The notes below the pieces were generated by a model. The model was not told the origin of the DNA. It ran no database searches and saw only the letters and a list, made by a program, of their open reading frames with translations. This document shows positions 48,344 through 58,440 of a stretch of DNA of 64,000 nucleotides, piece by piece (position 1 is the first letter of the stretch; each line of letters opens with the position of its first letter). The DNA lies in NCBI GenBank assembly GCA_963708075.1, contig OY970194.1:2336001-2400000 (forward strand), read 5' to 3'. The position numbers and the translations under genes were made by a program. This stretch comes from Sedimentisphaerales bacterium (GTDB lineage Bacteria > Planctomycetota > Phycisphaerae > Sedimentisphaerales > Anaerobacaceae).

Positions 48344-49375
48344 GTGCAGCAGCTTCTCTCCCCGAGAACTCTGTTAATCAGGATTGCGGCCGCAGCGATT
48401 ATGCTGGTCGTGGTGATGCTCCTATGCGCTCTGGCCGGCTCAGAGAGCATCTCTCTGAAGAACGCTTTGGCCGGCGGACACGAAGGCGGCTCAACCAACT
48501 CCGATTACGAAATCCTCATGCATATCCGAGTACCCCGCGTCATCCTTGCGGCCATCGTGGGGGCGGCATTGGCCGCTGCCGGCGTGACCTTGCAGGCGCT
48601 CCTGCGTAATCCCCTTGCTGACCCATACATTCTTGGCATCTCCAGCGGGGCCGGCCTGGGCGCCACGCTCGCCATCATTGGCGGCTTCAGTTGGACCCTG
48701 TGGGGACGCTCTCCCGTTGCCATCTTTGCCTTTGCCGGTGCCGTGGGAACCGTCTGGCTGGTCTGGGGCATCGGGCGCATCACGGGCCGGTTCCATGTAA
48801 CCGGCTTGCTCCTGGCCGGTGTCGTCGTGAACGCCTTTTTCTCCGCGATCATCATGTTCCTGATCTCGGCGGCCAAGGGCCAGCAGCTCCACGCGACAAT
48901 GTTCTGGCTGATGGGCACTATGGCCGAAGAGGACTTCTTTGTTCTCTGGATTGGAGCCGGGTGCGTAGCGGCGGGAGTCGTGTCGTTGTACTTCCTCGCC
49001 CCCCAGCTCAATGCAATCAGCTTCAACCCGGAAGATGCGAAGAGCATGGGCATACACGTAGAGAGAGTCCAGCTACTGGCGTTCACAGTATCGGCGTTCG
49101 TTACGGCTGTGGCGGTGAGTTTGAGCGGCCTGGTCGGCTTCGTCGGGCTGGTCGTGCCGCACGCAGTCCGGCTGGTGCTTGGCCCCGACCACCGTCAGTT
49201 GCTGCCGATCAGCAGTCTCTGCGGGGCGATGTTCCTGGTGATCGCCGACACGGTCGCCCGGGTCATTGTGGCGCCGGCCCAGTTGCCTGTGGGCGTGGTC
49301 ACGGCAATGGTCGGTGGGCCATTCTTCCTGATTCTGCTCATTCGATACAACAGAAAGGTGTCATGGCTGCGATGA
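48344..49375 (+). CDS. btuC: FecCD/BtuC ABC permease
   Basis: IRVPR, QALLRNPLADPYILGISSGA, GFVGLVVPH and LPVGVVTA. Confidence 0.8.
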   Translation: MQQLLSPRTLLIRIAAAAIMLVVVMLLCALAGSESISLKNALAGGHEGGSTNSDYEILMHIRVPRVILAAIVGAALAAAGVTLQALLRNPLADPYILGISSGAGLGATLAIIGGFSWTLWGRSPVAIFAFAGAVGTVWLVWGIGRITGRFHVTGLLLAGVVVNAFFSAIIMFLISAAKGQQLHATMFWLMGTMAEEDFFVLWIGAGCVAAGVVSLYFLAPQLNAISFNPEDAKSMGIHVERVQLLAFTVSAFVTAVAVSLSGLVGFVGLVVPHAVRLVLGPDHRQLLPISSLCGAMFLVIADTVARVIVAPAQLPVGVVTAMVGGPFFLILLIRYNRKVSWLR

Positions 49376-50256
49376 CGGCATCCGTGCACGTGCAAGACGT
49401 CAGCTTCGCCTACCATCGGGCATACCCGGTGTTGAAGGACATCCGCTTCGCCGTGGCGGCGGGGAAGTTCCTGGCCATCGTCGGGCCGAACGGCGCGGGC
49501 AAGAGCACGCTGATCAACCTCATCGCCGGGTCGGTTACGCCGCAGTCAGGCAGAATATCCATAGACGGGATCAATATCAGGTCCTGCCGGCCCAGGGAAC
49601 TGGCTCGCAAGATCGCCGTGGTACGGCAGGGGTCTGTTCCGGTCTTCGGTTTTTCTGTGGCCGAGGCCGTGCTGATGGCGAGAACCACGCATTACGGCCC
49701 GCTCGGCTTTGAAAGCGAGATCGACCGGCAGTGCGTGGCAGAAGCCCTGGAAATGACCGCCACCGCCGAGTTTGCCTCGCGTCCGCTGGCCAGCCTGAGC
49801 GGGGGCGAGCGGCAACGGGTCTTTATCGCACGCGCCCTGGCTCAGGACACCCCCATCCTTTTGATGGACGAGCCAACGACGTTTCTCGATCTCAAACACC
49901 AGGTTGGCATCTATGACCTGCTCAAAACTATCCAAATTAACAAATCCCGAACGATCATTGCGATTACGCAGGATGTTAATCTTGCGGCCCAATACTGCGA
50001 CGAAGCAATTCTTCTTCGCCCCCTTTCCCGGCTGCCTGCTTCCACGAAAGGTAGTGGCGCCAATACAGATCATTGTCAGTACCGGATTGGCCCGGCGTCC
50101 GAGGTACTTACCGCGACCCATCTCAAGGAAATCTTCGGCGTGAGCGGATTCTCGGGCCTGATCGGCCAAGAGCACTTCTTTGTCCCCCTGGGCCGCATGG
50201 CCAAGGACGCAATCCGCGATGCTGACCAGGAACAGCCCGGCCAAGGATTGACATAA
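49372..50256 (+). CDS. ABC ATP-binding protein (FecE/BtuD-like)
   Basis: GPNGAGKST, LSGGERQRV and LLMDEPT; ATGA overlap with the permease. Confidence 0.88.
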   Translation: MTASVHVQDVSFAYHRAYPVLKDIRFAVAAGKFLAIVGPNGAGKSTLINLIAGSVTPQSGRISIDGINIRSCRPRELARKIAVVRQGSVPVFGFSVAEAVLMARTTHYGPLGFESEIDRQCVAEALEMTATAEFASRPLASLSGGERQRVFIARALAQDTPILLMDEPTTFLDLKHQVGIYDLLKTIQINKSRTIIAITQDVNLAAQYCDEAILLRPLSRLPASTKGSGANTDHCQYRIGPASEVLTATHLKEIFGVSGFSGLIGQEHFFVPLGRMAKDAIRDADQEQPGQGLT

Positions 50257-50447
50257 GTGCCTGCACGAAAAGGGTTTACATTAAGCCCACACATGCACTT
50301 GAGTCCGCCGCCTTTTCCGGACTAGCCGCGGAATTAGAATTACTCTGCAGGGCAAATAATACTACCCGCAAGTGACGATATATGGTAAACTATGGGTTTC
50401 TACAAAACGTAGATTCTAGTGTACGTATATGAAAGGCAAGCGTAGAA

Positions 50448-50930
50448 GTGGCACAGAATCGCAAAAAACCATCGAGAGAAAAGGCTCCGCCGAAGCAGTC
50501 CGGGGTGCGGCATCTGACCCCTGCCGAGATTGAGCATTTCAGGGCACTGCTGATTGAGAGGCGGAAAGAGATCCTGCATAATGTCGTGGAGATCGAGGGC
50601 GAGACCCTGAGAAAATCGAGGCTGGACGCCAGCGGGGATTTGTCAAGCATGCCCATCCACATGGCGGATCTCGGGACGGACAACTATCAGCAGGAGTTCT
50701 CCCTTGGCCTGATGGATAGCGAGCGAAAGCTCATCACGGAAATCGACGATGCCTTGCAGCGAATCGAGAATGGCACGTACGGCATCTGTGAGGGGACGGG
50801 CCAGCCCATAGCCAAGGCAAGGCTTGAGGCCCAGCCTTGGGCTCGATACTCCGTCGAACATGCACGAATCGTGGAGCAGCAACAGCAGCAGCAACAGCAA
50901 CAGCAGCCGCAGCAACCTGGAGAGAGCTGA
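50448..50930 (+). CDS. TraR/DksA family protein with polyQ tail
   Basis: HMADLGTD, EIDDALQRIENGTYGICE and RLEAQPWARY. Confidence 0.88.
   Translation: MAQNRKKPSREKAPPKQSGVRHLTPAEIEHFRALLIERRKEILHNVVEIEGETLRKSRLDASGDLSSMPIHMADLGTDNYQQEFSLGLMDSERKLITEIDDALQRIENGTYGICEGTGQPIAKARLEAQPWARYSVEHARIVEQQQQQQQQQQPQQPGES
50877..50915 (+). repeat. CAG/CAA trinucleotide repeat (Q10-P-QQ)
   Basis: cagcaacagcagcagcaacagcaacagcagccgcagcaa. Confidence 0.9.
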
Positions 50931-51103
50931 GAGGTCGGGCTCAGGTGGTGTAGCCCCGGCTCGTGATGCCCAGGCGGTGTGCGAGACAAGGAGCCGGGAT
51001 AGCGGCAGGAGGCGATGATGCTGAACGACTGTAAGCCATGCACGATGATCAGGGACGAGTTCCGGGCGTTCGGATATTCATTCGATGTATTCCGGGAGAG
51101 CCC

Positions 51104-51352
51104 ATGAAACCGTCAGATCGTACGCATGAAAATCACCCACAACAGGCCCGCCAGTTCCGCTGCCCCACCTGCAAACAGATCGTGAAATCCCCCGAACAGG
51201 ATCCCTCAGCACAGATGAAGTTCTTCCCTTTCTGCTCGGAACGCTGCAAACTCATCGACTTGGGGGCCTGGTTCGATGCTGACTACAGAATTCCGAGCCG
51301 CCCCGATGAGGAATCCGAAGGCCCTTCACAAGACAACTCCTCCACCTCATAG
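51104..51352 (+). CDS. yacG: DNA gyrase inhibitor YacG
   Basis: CPTC...[20 protein letters not shown]. Confidence 0.92.
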   Translation: MKPSDRTHENHPQQARQFRCPTCKQIVKSPEQDPSAQMKFFPFCSERCKLIDLGAWFDADYRIPSRPDEESEGPSQDNSSTS

Positions 51353-51485
51353 GAACCGTTAGAAAGGCTCCCCCGCCGGACGAAATCCTCTGGACGACGC
51401 CCCACCCCAGGTAGTACCATGCAGGCACTACAGGCGATAATTCCAGACAAGGAATGAGCGGATCGCGATTTTGAAAGGGTGCAAG

Positions 51486-52811
51486 ATGGCGAATGGAAAA
51501 GAGCGGACACTGCCACTCGACAGTTTTCTCTTCCCCCGGATCTTTCAAGCCTTTCGCATATCCATCCAGCCCACGAAACTGATCATCGCGTTGTGTGCCC
51601 TGGCCATCATCTGTTTGACCGGCTGGATTATGGACCTCGCCAGCCGGAGCGTCGTCGTCGTCAACCCGGCCGGCGCCACGGAACTCAACCTGTATGCCGC
51701 CAGAGTTCTGGACCCGGATGCGCGTAGCGTGCCATTCATGGACACAGGGAGAAGAACCGGCGTCTTTGCAACGCTCTGGACTTTCGGGGCCGAGCGCATG
51801 CATGCCGCCGTACGCTCGCTCTTCCAGCTTGACATCGATGACGTCATAATGAATATCGTAGCCTGTTTTGTTGCGCTGGTCTGGGCCTTCAGATATCATA
51901 TCGTGTACAGTCTCATCTTCTTTGCAGTCGTGCTGGCGGTACTGTCGGTAGCGGGCGGCGCGATTTGCCGGATCGCGGCGTTACAGTTCGCCGGCGCAGA
52001 GAAGCCGGGCCTGCGCCAAGCCGTACGCTTCGGCTTGCGAAAATTCACCGCTTTCTTTTGTGCGCCGCTCACTCCCATGATCATCATCCTCGTCATCGGT
52101 GCAATCATCATCCTCCTGGGCGCGTGGGGCAATATCCCGTACGTGGGCGAGCTTACCGTGGGCCTGCTTCTGCCGCTGGCCTTTGCCGTCGCGATCATTA
52201 TCACGATCATTGCCATCGGAATTGTCGGCGGATTCAGCCTCATGTTTCCGACGATCGCCTATGAGGATTCCGACTGCTTCGATTCCATCAGCCGCTCTTT
52301 CAGCTATGTCTATAACAAGCCCTGGCGGATGGGCCTCTACGCGGTTATTGCTTTTGTCTATGGGGCGATCTGCTACCTGTTCGTCCGGTTCTTCTCATTC
52401 CTCGTCCTGTGGACCACCCACGCGTTCCTGCAGCTCGGTTTTGCCTACCAGAACAAAAAGCTCCACGCCATCTGGCCCGAGCCCGTGTTCACCGACTTTT
52501 TCGGCGCGGGTGTTGCCGCCCCGCCCAACTGGTCGACGTCCATTAGTTCCGCTCTGATTTACTTCTGGGTGCTTGTCGTTATTGGATTGGTGGTATCATC
52601 CGTGATCAGTTTCTACTTCTCAGCAAGTACAATCATCTACGCCCTGATGCGAAATCGCGTGGACTTCATTCCTCTTGAGGAGGTCTATGTCTATTCGCCG
52701 CAGGAGTCTGCCGAAGCGCCTCCCGCTGAGGCAAAGACCGAAGAAGCCCCCTCTGGCGCCGAGCCGCAAGCTCCCGAGGAGCCCGACAAGAAACAGGAGA
52801 CGTCCGAATAA
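51486..52811 (+). CDS. hypothetical multi-pass membrane protein
   Basis: Several hydrophobic helices; GGAICRIAA, DCFDSISRSFSYV and IYALMR; acidic tail. Confidence 0.8.
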   Translation: MANGKERTLPLDSFLFPRIFQAFRISIQPTKLIIALCALAIICLTGWIMDLASRSVVVVNPAGATELNLYAARVLDPDARSVPFMDTGRRTGVFATLWTFGAERMHAAVRSLFQLDIDDVIMNIVACFVALVWAFRYHIVYSLIFFAVVLAVLSVAGGAICRIAALQFAGAEKPGLRQAVRFGLRKFTAFFCAPLTPMIIILVIGAIIILLGAWGNIPYVGELTVGLLLPLAFAVAIIITIIAIGIVGGFSLMFPTIAYEDSDCFDSISRSFSYVYNKPWRMGLYAVIAFVYGAICYLFVRFFSFLVLWTTHAFLQLGFAYQNKKLHAIWPEPVFTDFFGAGVAAPPNWSTSISSALIYFWVLVVIGLVVSSVISFYFSASTIIYALMRNRVDFIPLEEVYVYSPQESAEAPPAEAKTEEAPSGAEPQAPEEPDKKQETSE

Positions 52812-52869
52812 TTACCCGACCCGGCATATTGCGGCACACCAGCGAGATCGAGCTGACGGCTCTGAAGAC

Positions 52870-52897
52870 TCAACCGGGTCCCGACATATGCCGATGA
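52870..52897 (+). promoter_or_regulatory. possible sigma28/FliA-WhiG-type promoter
   Basis: TCAA-N16-GCCGATGA upstream of the capD-like gene. Confidence 0.35.
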
Positions 52898-52984
52898 TAT
52901 GCGTGGCTGCTTGACGGCCGCTGAGCCTTTTCCATATTTGAGTGTTTTGTTGCATGATGGACGGTGAAGGAGTGCCGCCGGGGT

Positions 52985-54934
52985 ATGCCTGAGTCAGACA
53001 AAGAAGTACAGCACCATGACAGTGAGCGGCCCGGGCTGCGTGATTCGGCAACACCTCCAAGTCCTCTGCTGACCCTCCGCAAGCCGCTGGTAATCCTCGC
53101 CCATATTGCCGCCTTCGCAGCCTCCCTGGCCTTCTCGTTCCTCGTGGCCAACAACATGCAATTCAAGCAGGAGTGGCTCGTTCAGCAGTATCCGTTCCTG
53201 CTGCTTTTCTTCCTGGCGATCAAGCTGCCGGTCTTTGGGTTCTTCAAGCAGTACCGAGGCTGGTGGCGATACGTCAGTATCTCCGACCTGCTCGGGATTC
53301 TCCGAGCCGCCCTCGTCAGCACGCTGATCATCGTGGCGATCTGGTTCGTCGTAATGCTGCGCATCCCGGCGCTTCGGCACGCATTGCCCACGGGCATTGC
53401 GGACGTCAGCCAGGGCGTCTTCATGGCCGACCTGTTCGGCACCATCCTCCTTCCCGCCGGCCTGCGGATGATCATTCGTCTCTACCACGAGGAGTTCCGC
53501 ACCGTGGAGGGCCGCCGGCTCAAGCGGTTCCTGATCGTCGGGGCCGGCAATGCCGGCGAGGCGCTGCTCAGGGAAATTCACCGAATGCCCGTCATCGACT
53601 ATGACGTCGTCGGCTTTATCGATGATGAGCCCCTCAAGCAGGGCATTAACATTCACGGCATACCGGTCCTCGGCACCGTGGACGAGCTGCCCACGATCTG
53701 CAAGGAACGCAACATCGAAGAGATCGCCATCGCCATGCCTTCCGCCAGCCGGCAGCAGCTTCGCCACGTGATTCAGGTCTGTGAGGGAACCAAGATCCGG
53801 TTCCGCACGGTCCCATCCATCACGGACATCGCCTCCGGCAAGCTCCGTGTCTCACAGATTCGCGACGTCGATATCAACGACCTGCTGGGACGCGAGGTCG
53901 TGCAGCTCGACCTGGACCTCATCGAGGCATTCGCCCGGGGCAAGACGATCCTGGTCACCGGGGCCGGCGGCTCCATCGGCTCAGAGATGTGCCGGCAGAT
54001 ATGCCAGTTCGGCCCCCAATCGCTGCTGCTCGTGGAACAGGCGGAGAACCCCCTGTTCTACGTGGAGCGCGACCTGCGAAGACAACTCCCGGATATCGCC
54101 TTGCGGCCGATCATCTGCGACATCACGGACCGTTCCCGTGTGGACGAGATATTCCACCGCCACCAGCCGCAGATCGTCATCCATGCCGCCGCACACAAGC
54201 ACGTCCCTCTCATGGAGCTCAATCCCGGCGAAGCCATCAAGAACAACGTGCTCGGCACCCAGGTCGTGGCGGACGCCGCACACAACTTCGGCGCCACCCA
54301 CTTCGTCATGATCAGCACCGACAAGGCGGTCAACCCCACCAGCATCATGGGCTCCTCCAAACGCATCGCCGAGATGTATATCCAGGACCTCAGCAGGACG
54401 AGCAAGACCCAGTTCATCACCGTTCGCTTCGGCAACGTGCTTGCCTCCGAGGGTTCGGTCGTGCCCATCTTCAAGAGGCAGATCGCCGAGGGCGGCCCCG
54501 TTACCGTCACCCACCCGGACATGAAGCGCTACTTCATGACGATCCCCGAGGCCAGCCAGCTCGTGCTCCAGGCCGCCACGATGGGCAAAGGCGGCGAGAT
54601 CTTCGTGCTCGATATGGGCGATCCCGTGAAGATCGTGGACCTGGCCAAGGAACTGATCACCCTCAGCGGCTTTCGTCCCGGCGAGGACATCGAGATCGTC
54701 TTCACCGGCCCCCGCCCCGGCGAAAAACTCTTCGAGGAGCTGCGCATCGAGGGCGAAGGCATGCAGCGTACGCGTCATCCGAAGATCGGCATCTGGAAGA
54801 ACATCCCGATGGATCGCGACAAGCTTCGCACGGGTATCGCCGAGCTACTCACCATCGCCTCCCAGGGCAACGTAGATACCGTGGCGAGCAAGATCAAAGG
54901 ACTCGTCCCCGAGTACACACCCAACGCCGTCTGA
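52985..54934 (+). CDS. membrane-bound UDP-GlcNAc 4,6-dehydratase (CapD/PglF/WbpM family)
   Basis: N-terminal TMs, GAGNAG, TGAGGSIGSE, HAAAHKHVP, STDKAVNP, RFGNV and RPGEKL. Confidence 0.92.
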   Translation: MPESDKEVQHHDSERPGLRDSATPPSPLLTLRKPLVILAHIAAFAASLAFSFLVANNMQFKQEWLVQQYPFLLLFFLAIKLPVFGFFKQYRGWWRYVSISDLLGILRAALVSTLIIVAIWFVVMLRIPALRHALPTGIADVSQGVFMADLFGTILLPAGLRMIIRLYHEEFRTVEGRRLKRFLIVGAGNAGEALLREIHRMPVIDYDVVGFIDDEPLKQGINIHGIPVLGTVDELPTICKERNIEEIAIAMPSASRQQLRHVIQVCEGTKIRFRTVPSITDIASGKLRVSQIRDVDINDLLGREVVQLDLDLIEAFARGKTILVTGAGGSIGSEMCRQICQFGPQSLLLVEQAENPLFYVERDLRRQLPDIALRPIICDITDRSRVDEIFHRHQPQIVIHAAAHKHVPLMELNPGEAIKNNVLGTQVVADAAHNFGATHFVMISTDKAVNPTSIMGSSKRIAEMYIQDLSRTSKTQFITVRFGNVLASEGSVVPIFKRQIAEGGPVTVTHPDMKRYFMTIPEASQLVLQAATMGKGGEIFVLDMGDPVKIVDLAKELITLSGFRPGEDIEIVFTGPRPGEKLFEELRIEGEGMQRTRHPKIGIWKNIPMDRDKLRTGIAELLTIASQGNVDTVASKIKGLVPEYTPNAV

Positions 54935-54986
54935 CCCGGATCGGCGCCCCTTTGCAGCATCGGCCATAGGTTGACCTGCGCATAAG

Positions 54987-55014
54987 AAAAGGGCCGGTTG
55001 CTGGCCGGCCCTTT
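54987..55014. terminator. likely bidirectional terminator between the convergent capD-like gene and xerC
   Basis: AAAAGGGCCGG-N7-CCGGCCCTTT. Confidence 0.7.
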
Positions 55015-55056
55015 GGTTCGCTGATCGTATTCAGTACGACTTGTGCTTACGGCATC

Positions 55057-56106
55057 CTACACATGTCCGTTGCCGTTTCCGTTGCCATCCGATTCGTACA
55101 CCTGCTCCTCCATGTGCTCTCGCGGATGGGCGTTGTCATAGACTTCCTTGAGCTTGCGGGTCGTCAGGTGCGTGTAGACCTGCGTCGTCGAGAGCGACTG
55201 GTGCCCCAGCAGCTCCTGCACGCTTCGCAGATCGGCGCCGTTGTTGAGCATGTGGGTGGCGAAGCTGTGTCGCAGGGTATGCGGGCTGATCGCGGGATCG
55301 AGCCCCGCCATCTTCAGATACTTGTCCATCTTCCGGCGGACGCTCCGCGTGCTCAGACGTTGCCCATGCTTGTTCACAAACAGGACTCTCGAATCGAAGT
55401 TGCCGTTGCTCTGGGCTCGCTTATTTCGGAACTCCATGTAATGCTGGATCGCCTGCAGGGCGGAAGAGCTGATCGGCGTGATCCTTTCCTTCTTACCCTT
55501 GCCACGGATGTGGACCACTTCGCCGAGGAAGTCGATGTCGTCCATGTTCAGACCCACCAGCTCGCTGACGCGGATGCCGGTGCTGTAGAGCGTCTCAAGG
55601 ATCGCTCTGTCCCGGGCGCCCAGCCAGCTCTCCACAGGCGGGGTCTCCAGAAGGCGTTTGACCTCCTCGTACTCGAGGAACCGCGGCAGCTTCTTTTCTT
55701 GTTTCGGGGTCCGCACCGCAGCGAGGGGGTTCGCCGCACAGCGACCCGTCTTCACGAGGAACTTGTAGAAGCTGCGCAGCGTCGCGAGCTTCCGAGCGAT
55801 CGTAGCCTTCGAGTACGCCCTCTCGTTGAGGTGCGTCAGGTACGACCGGGCCTCGTTCACGTCCACCGCCAGCAGGAGCTGATCGACCTTGTGCTCCGTC
55901 TGGGTCGCGACGGCCGTTGCCGTGCCGCCCTGCTCATGGTCCAGCGGCAGTCCATCCACCGCCGTGCCATCGCCTTCGGATGCGTTCAGGAGGAACTCCC
56001 CGAACTGAGCCAGGTCGGCCCCGTAACACTTGGCCGTGTGCTCCGAGAACCTCTTCTCGTACTTCAGGTAATTCAGAAACAGTTCTACGATTGCGCTGCC
56101 TTCCAT
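55057..56106 (-). CDS. xerC: tyrosine recombinase XerC
   Basis: ARKLATLRSFYKFL, TGIRVSE, GKGKKER, HTLRHSFATH and LGHQSLSTTQVYTH. Confidence 0.88.
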   Translation of the reverse strand: MEGSAIVELFLNYLKYEKRFSEHTAKCYGADLAQFGEFLLNASEGDGTAVDGLPLDHEQGGTATAVATQTEHKVDQLLLAVDVNEARSYLTHLNERAYSKATIARKLATLRSFYKFLVKTGRCAANPLAAVRTPKQEKKLPRFLEYEEVKRLLETPPVESWLGARDRAILETLYSTGIRVSELVGLNMDDIDFLGEVVHIRGKGKKERITPISSSALQAIQHYMEFRNKRAQSNGNFDSRVLFVNKHGQRLSTRSVRRKMDKYLKMAGLDPAISPHTLRHSFATHMLNNGADLRSVQELLGHQSLSTTQVYTHLTTRKLKEVYDNAHPREHMEEQVYESDGNGNGNGHV

Positions 56107-56210
56107 AGTCCACCTGCCCACTTCAACCATCGGCATACACTGCCATCTATTTCGTGCCTACGCCATCGCCTTGTGCCGGCGCCCTCACCCACCCGGAGGG
56201 ACCCTCGCCG

Positions 56211-56447
56211 TTAAGGCGTCATCTTCAAATTGCCGTCGTTCCGCAACAACTCTTCGGCATTCCCGATGAGGGTCTGCGTCAGCTTGAAGCTCAGCACCGC
56301 CGCATCGAACCAGTCGAAGTCTGTGCGTTTGTCTTTGGCCTGTTCCACCAGCGCATCGAGCAGTTGATCCTCGTGACCTGGCTCATAGCGGAAGATGAAT
56401 TTCTCCGCCCCCTTGTTGAGAACCAGTTGTCGTTTTGGCCTGTGCAT
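56211..56447 (-). CDS. small hypothetical protein upstream of xerC
   Basis: AAGGGA RBS; EKFIFRY..FDWFDAAVLS; typical codon usage. Confidence 0.75.
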   Translation of the reverse strand: MHRPKRQLVLNKGAEKFIFRYEPGHEDQLLDALVEQAKDKRTDFDWFDAAVLSFKLTQTLIGNAEELLRNDGNLKMTP

Positions 56448-56533
56448 GCTCGTCCCTTACCGCGTGGCGTCCGGCAGTCACCTGTTTTTATACGCCGCCG
56501 AAAATGCGGGACTGCTCAAACGTCACATCGCTT

Positions 56534-56561
56534 TTATCGGCCAATGGAGCGTCCGCCTTTA
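56534..56561 (-). promoter_or_regulatory. sigma28/FliA-WhiG-type promoter upstream of hyp-xerC
   Basis: TAAA-N16-GCCGATAA on the minus strand. Confidence 0.55.
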
Positions 56562-56654
56562 CAAAAACTGGAGCCGAATAGTGCGTATTCCGCGCGCAGT
56601 GCCCCCCGGGTGACTGGGCTCCGTGCGTGTACAAGGATGTGTCTGGAGGGCGAA

Positions 56655-57611
56655 TCAGGAAGGTTTGGAGTGGCCTCGGAAGTACACCGTGTCCCCCCGC
56701 GGCTCGGCGATGACCAGCCCCTGGCTGCGCAGATCTCTTAGCTGTCTCATCGCCTCCTCGGCGGTGATTCCCAGTCCTGTAGAGAGGTCCCGGACCGAGC
56801 ACGGCCTGCGTTTCAGCATTGATAGCACGTCCGCCGTGACTTCCGCCGCCTGCCGGTCGCAGCTACCTGCCGGGACATCGGCGATCACCTCGCAGTCGCC
56901 ACCCATCTCGCGGGCGATGGCGGCAAGTGTCTCATAAGAAGCCGGCTCGACGCTCTTCTCCGCCGGAGGCCGAACCGCTGTATTCAGTTGCACTTTGTCC
57001 GGGCGAATCTTCCCGACCAGCTCTTTCATTTCTGCAATCTGTTCGGGACTCGTGTTCACGCCGGGCACGATGAATACCTCCAGCCAGATCCGCCCGCTGA
57101 ACTCATCCCGGAACGTAGACAGGCCGGAAACCAGCTTTTCAATGCTGATATCGCGGGCCGGACGCGTCACCGCCTCGAATGCCGCCTCGTCCCCCGCATC
57201 CAGCGAGGGGATGACAACGTCGGCTTTGGCGCACTCGGCACGGACATCCTCCCGGTAGAACAGGGTCCCGTTGGTCAGGACGGCGACGGGAATATCCGTC
57301 ACTTTGTGAAGGCCATCGATCAGGTCGCCCAACCGGGAATTGAGCGTCGGTTCGCCCGAGCCCCCGATCGTGATGTAATCGGTTCGCACCCCCTCGGCCA
57401 GCCTGCTTTTCACCTCCGCAATGACGGCGTCAATATCCACGAAATCCCGACGAACCGTGCTCTTCTCCGTCGTCCTGCCTAACTGGCAAAAGATGCAGTC
57501 CAGCGTGCAGACCTTCATAGGGACAATATCGATTCCCAGACTCAGACCCAACCGCCGGGAAGGAACGGGGCCATAGATGTAGCGATGTCGTTTACTCTCT
57601 TTGTTGTTCAT
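56655..57611 (-). CDS. radical SAM Fe-S oxidoreductase (COG0731-like) with C-terminal wHTH-like segment
   Basis: YGPVPSRRLGLSLGID, CTLDCIFC, GSGEPTL, LTNG and SLDAG. Confidence 0.88.
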   Translation of the reverse strand: MNNKESKRHRYIYGPVPSRRLGLSLGIDIVPMKVCTLDCIFCQLGRTTEKSTVRRDFVDIDAVIAEVKSRLAEGVRTDYITIGGSGEPTLNSRLGDLIDGLHKVTDIPVAVLTNGTLFYREDVRAECAKADVVIPSLDAGDEAAFEAVTRPARDISIEKLVSGLSTFRDEFSGRIWLEVFIVPGVNTSPEQIAEMKELVGKIRPDKVQLNTAVRPPAEKSVEPASYETLAAIAREMGGDCEVIADVPAGSCDRQAAEVTADVLSMLKRRPCSVRDLSTGLGITAEEAMRQLRDLRSQGLVIAEPRGDTVYFRGHSKPS

Positions 57612-58417
57612 GCACAATCTCAGAAATCTTACGGCAAGTCCTCACGACACTCTCCAGCCAGTCCAGCGGCAGCATCGACGCGGCGTCGGACTTGGCCTTC
57701 TCAGGCTCCGGGTGCACTTCGAGGAACAGCCCGTTCGCTCCCGCCGCGACGGCCGCTCTCGCCAGCACGGGCGCCAACTCGCCGGCCCCCGCTGGCCGTG
57801 CCCAAGCCACCCGGCTGTTGCGTGCTGTGCGTGGCGTCGAACACCACGGGACAGCCGAACCGCTTCATCGCCTCGATACTCGTCATGTCGTTCACCAGGC
57901 GATTGTATCCGAAGAACGTCCCCCGCTCCGTCAGCACGACCTTGTCATTGCCGCACGCCCGCATCTTCTCGACGACGTTGCCCATCTCTTCCGGCGAGAT
58001 GAACTGGCCCTTCTTGATGCTCACCGGCTTGCCGGTCTCGGCACAGGCACAGAGCAGATCCGTCTGCCGGCACAGGAATGCGGGCACCTGCAGGCAATCG
58101 ACCGTCTTGGCAACGTCGGCTGCCTGGGCCGGCTCGTGCACGTCCGTCATGACAGGCAGGCCCGTCTCAGCCCGGACCTTTGCCAAAACCTTCATGCCCT
58201 TGACCAGTCCCGGACCCCGGAAGCTGGTGATGCTACTGCGGTTGGCTTTGTCGAAGCTGGCTTTGAAGATGATGCCGACGCCCGTGCGCCCGGCGATCTG
58301 CACCAGCCGCTCGGCGATCTGTAGACAGAGGTCCTCGCTCTCGATCACACACGGCCCCGCCATGAGGAACAACGGCGCATCCAACCCGATGTCAATGTTG
58401 CCAATCTTGAACGCCAT
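57592..58417 (-). CDS. kdsA: KDO-8-phosphate synthase, frameshifted near 57782
   Basis: AGPCVIES, KASFDKANRSS, TDVHE, PAFLCRQTDL, KKGQF, FDATHS..SGG | ELAPVLARAAVAAG..FLEVHP..SD. Confidence 0.92.
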
Positions 58418-58440
58418 CCTTATTGCCATCCCATCTGGAA

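Noticed and set aside
55057..56106. Phage or island integrase
   Set aside because: The sequence is XerC-like, sits among housekeeping genes, and has no att repeats, tRNA or cargo.
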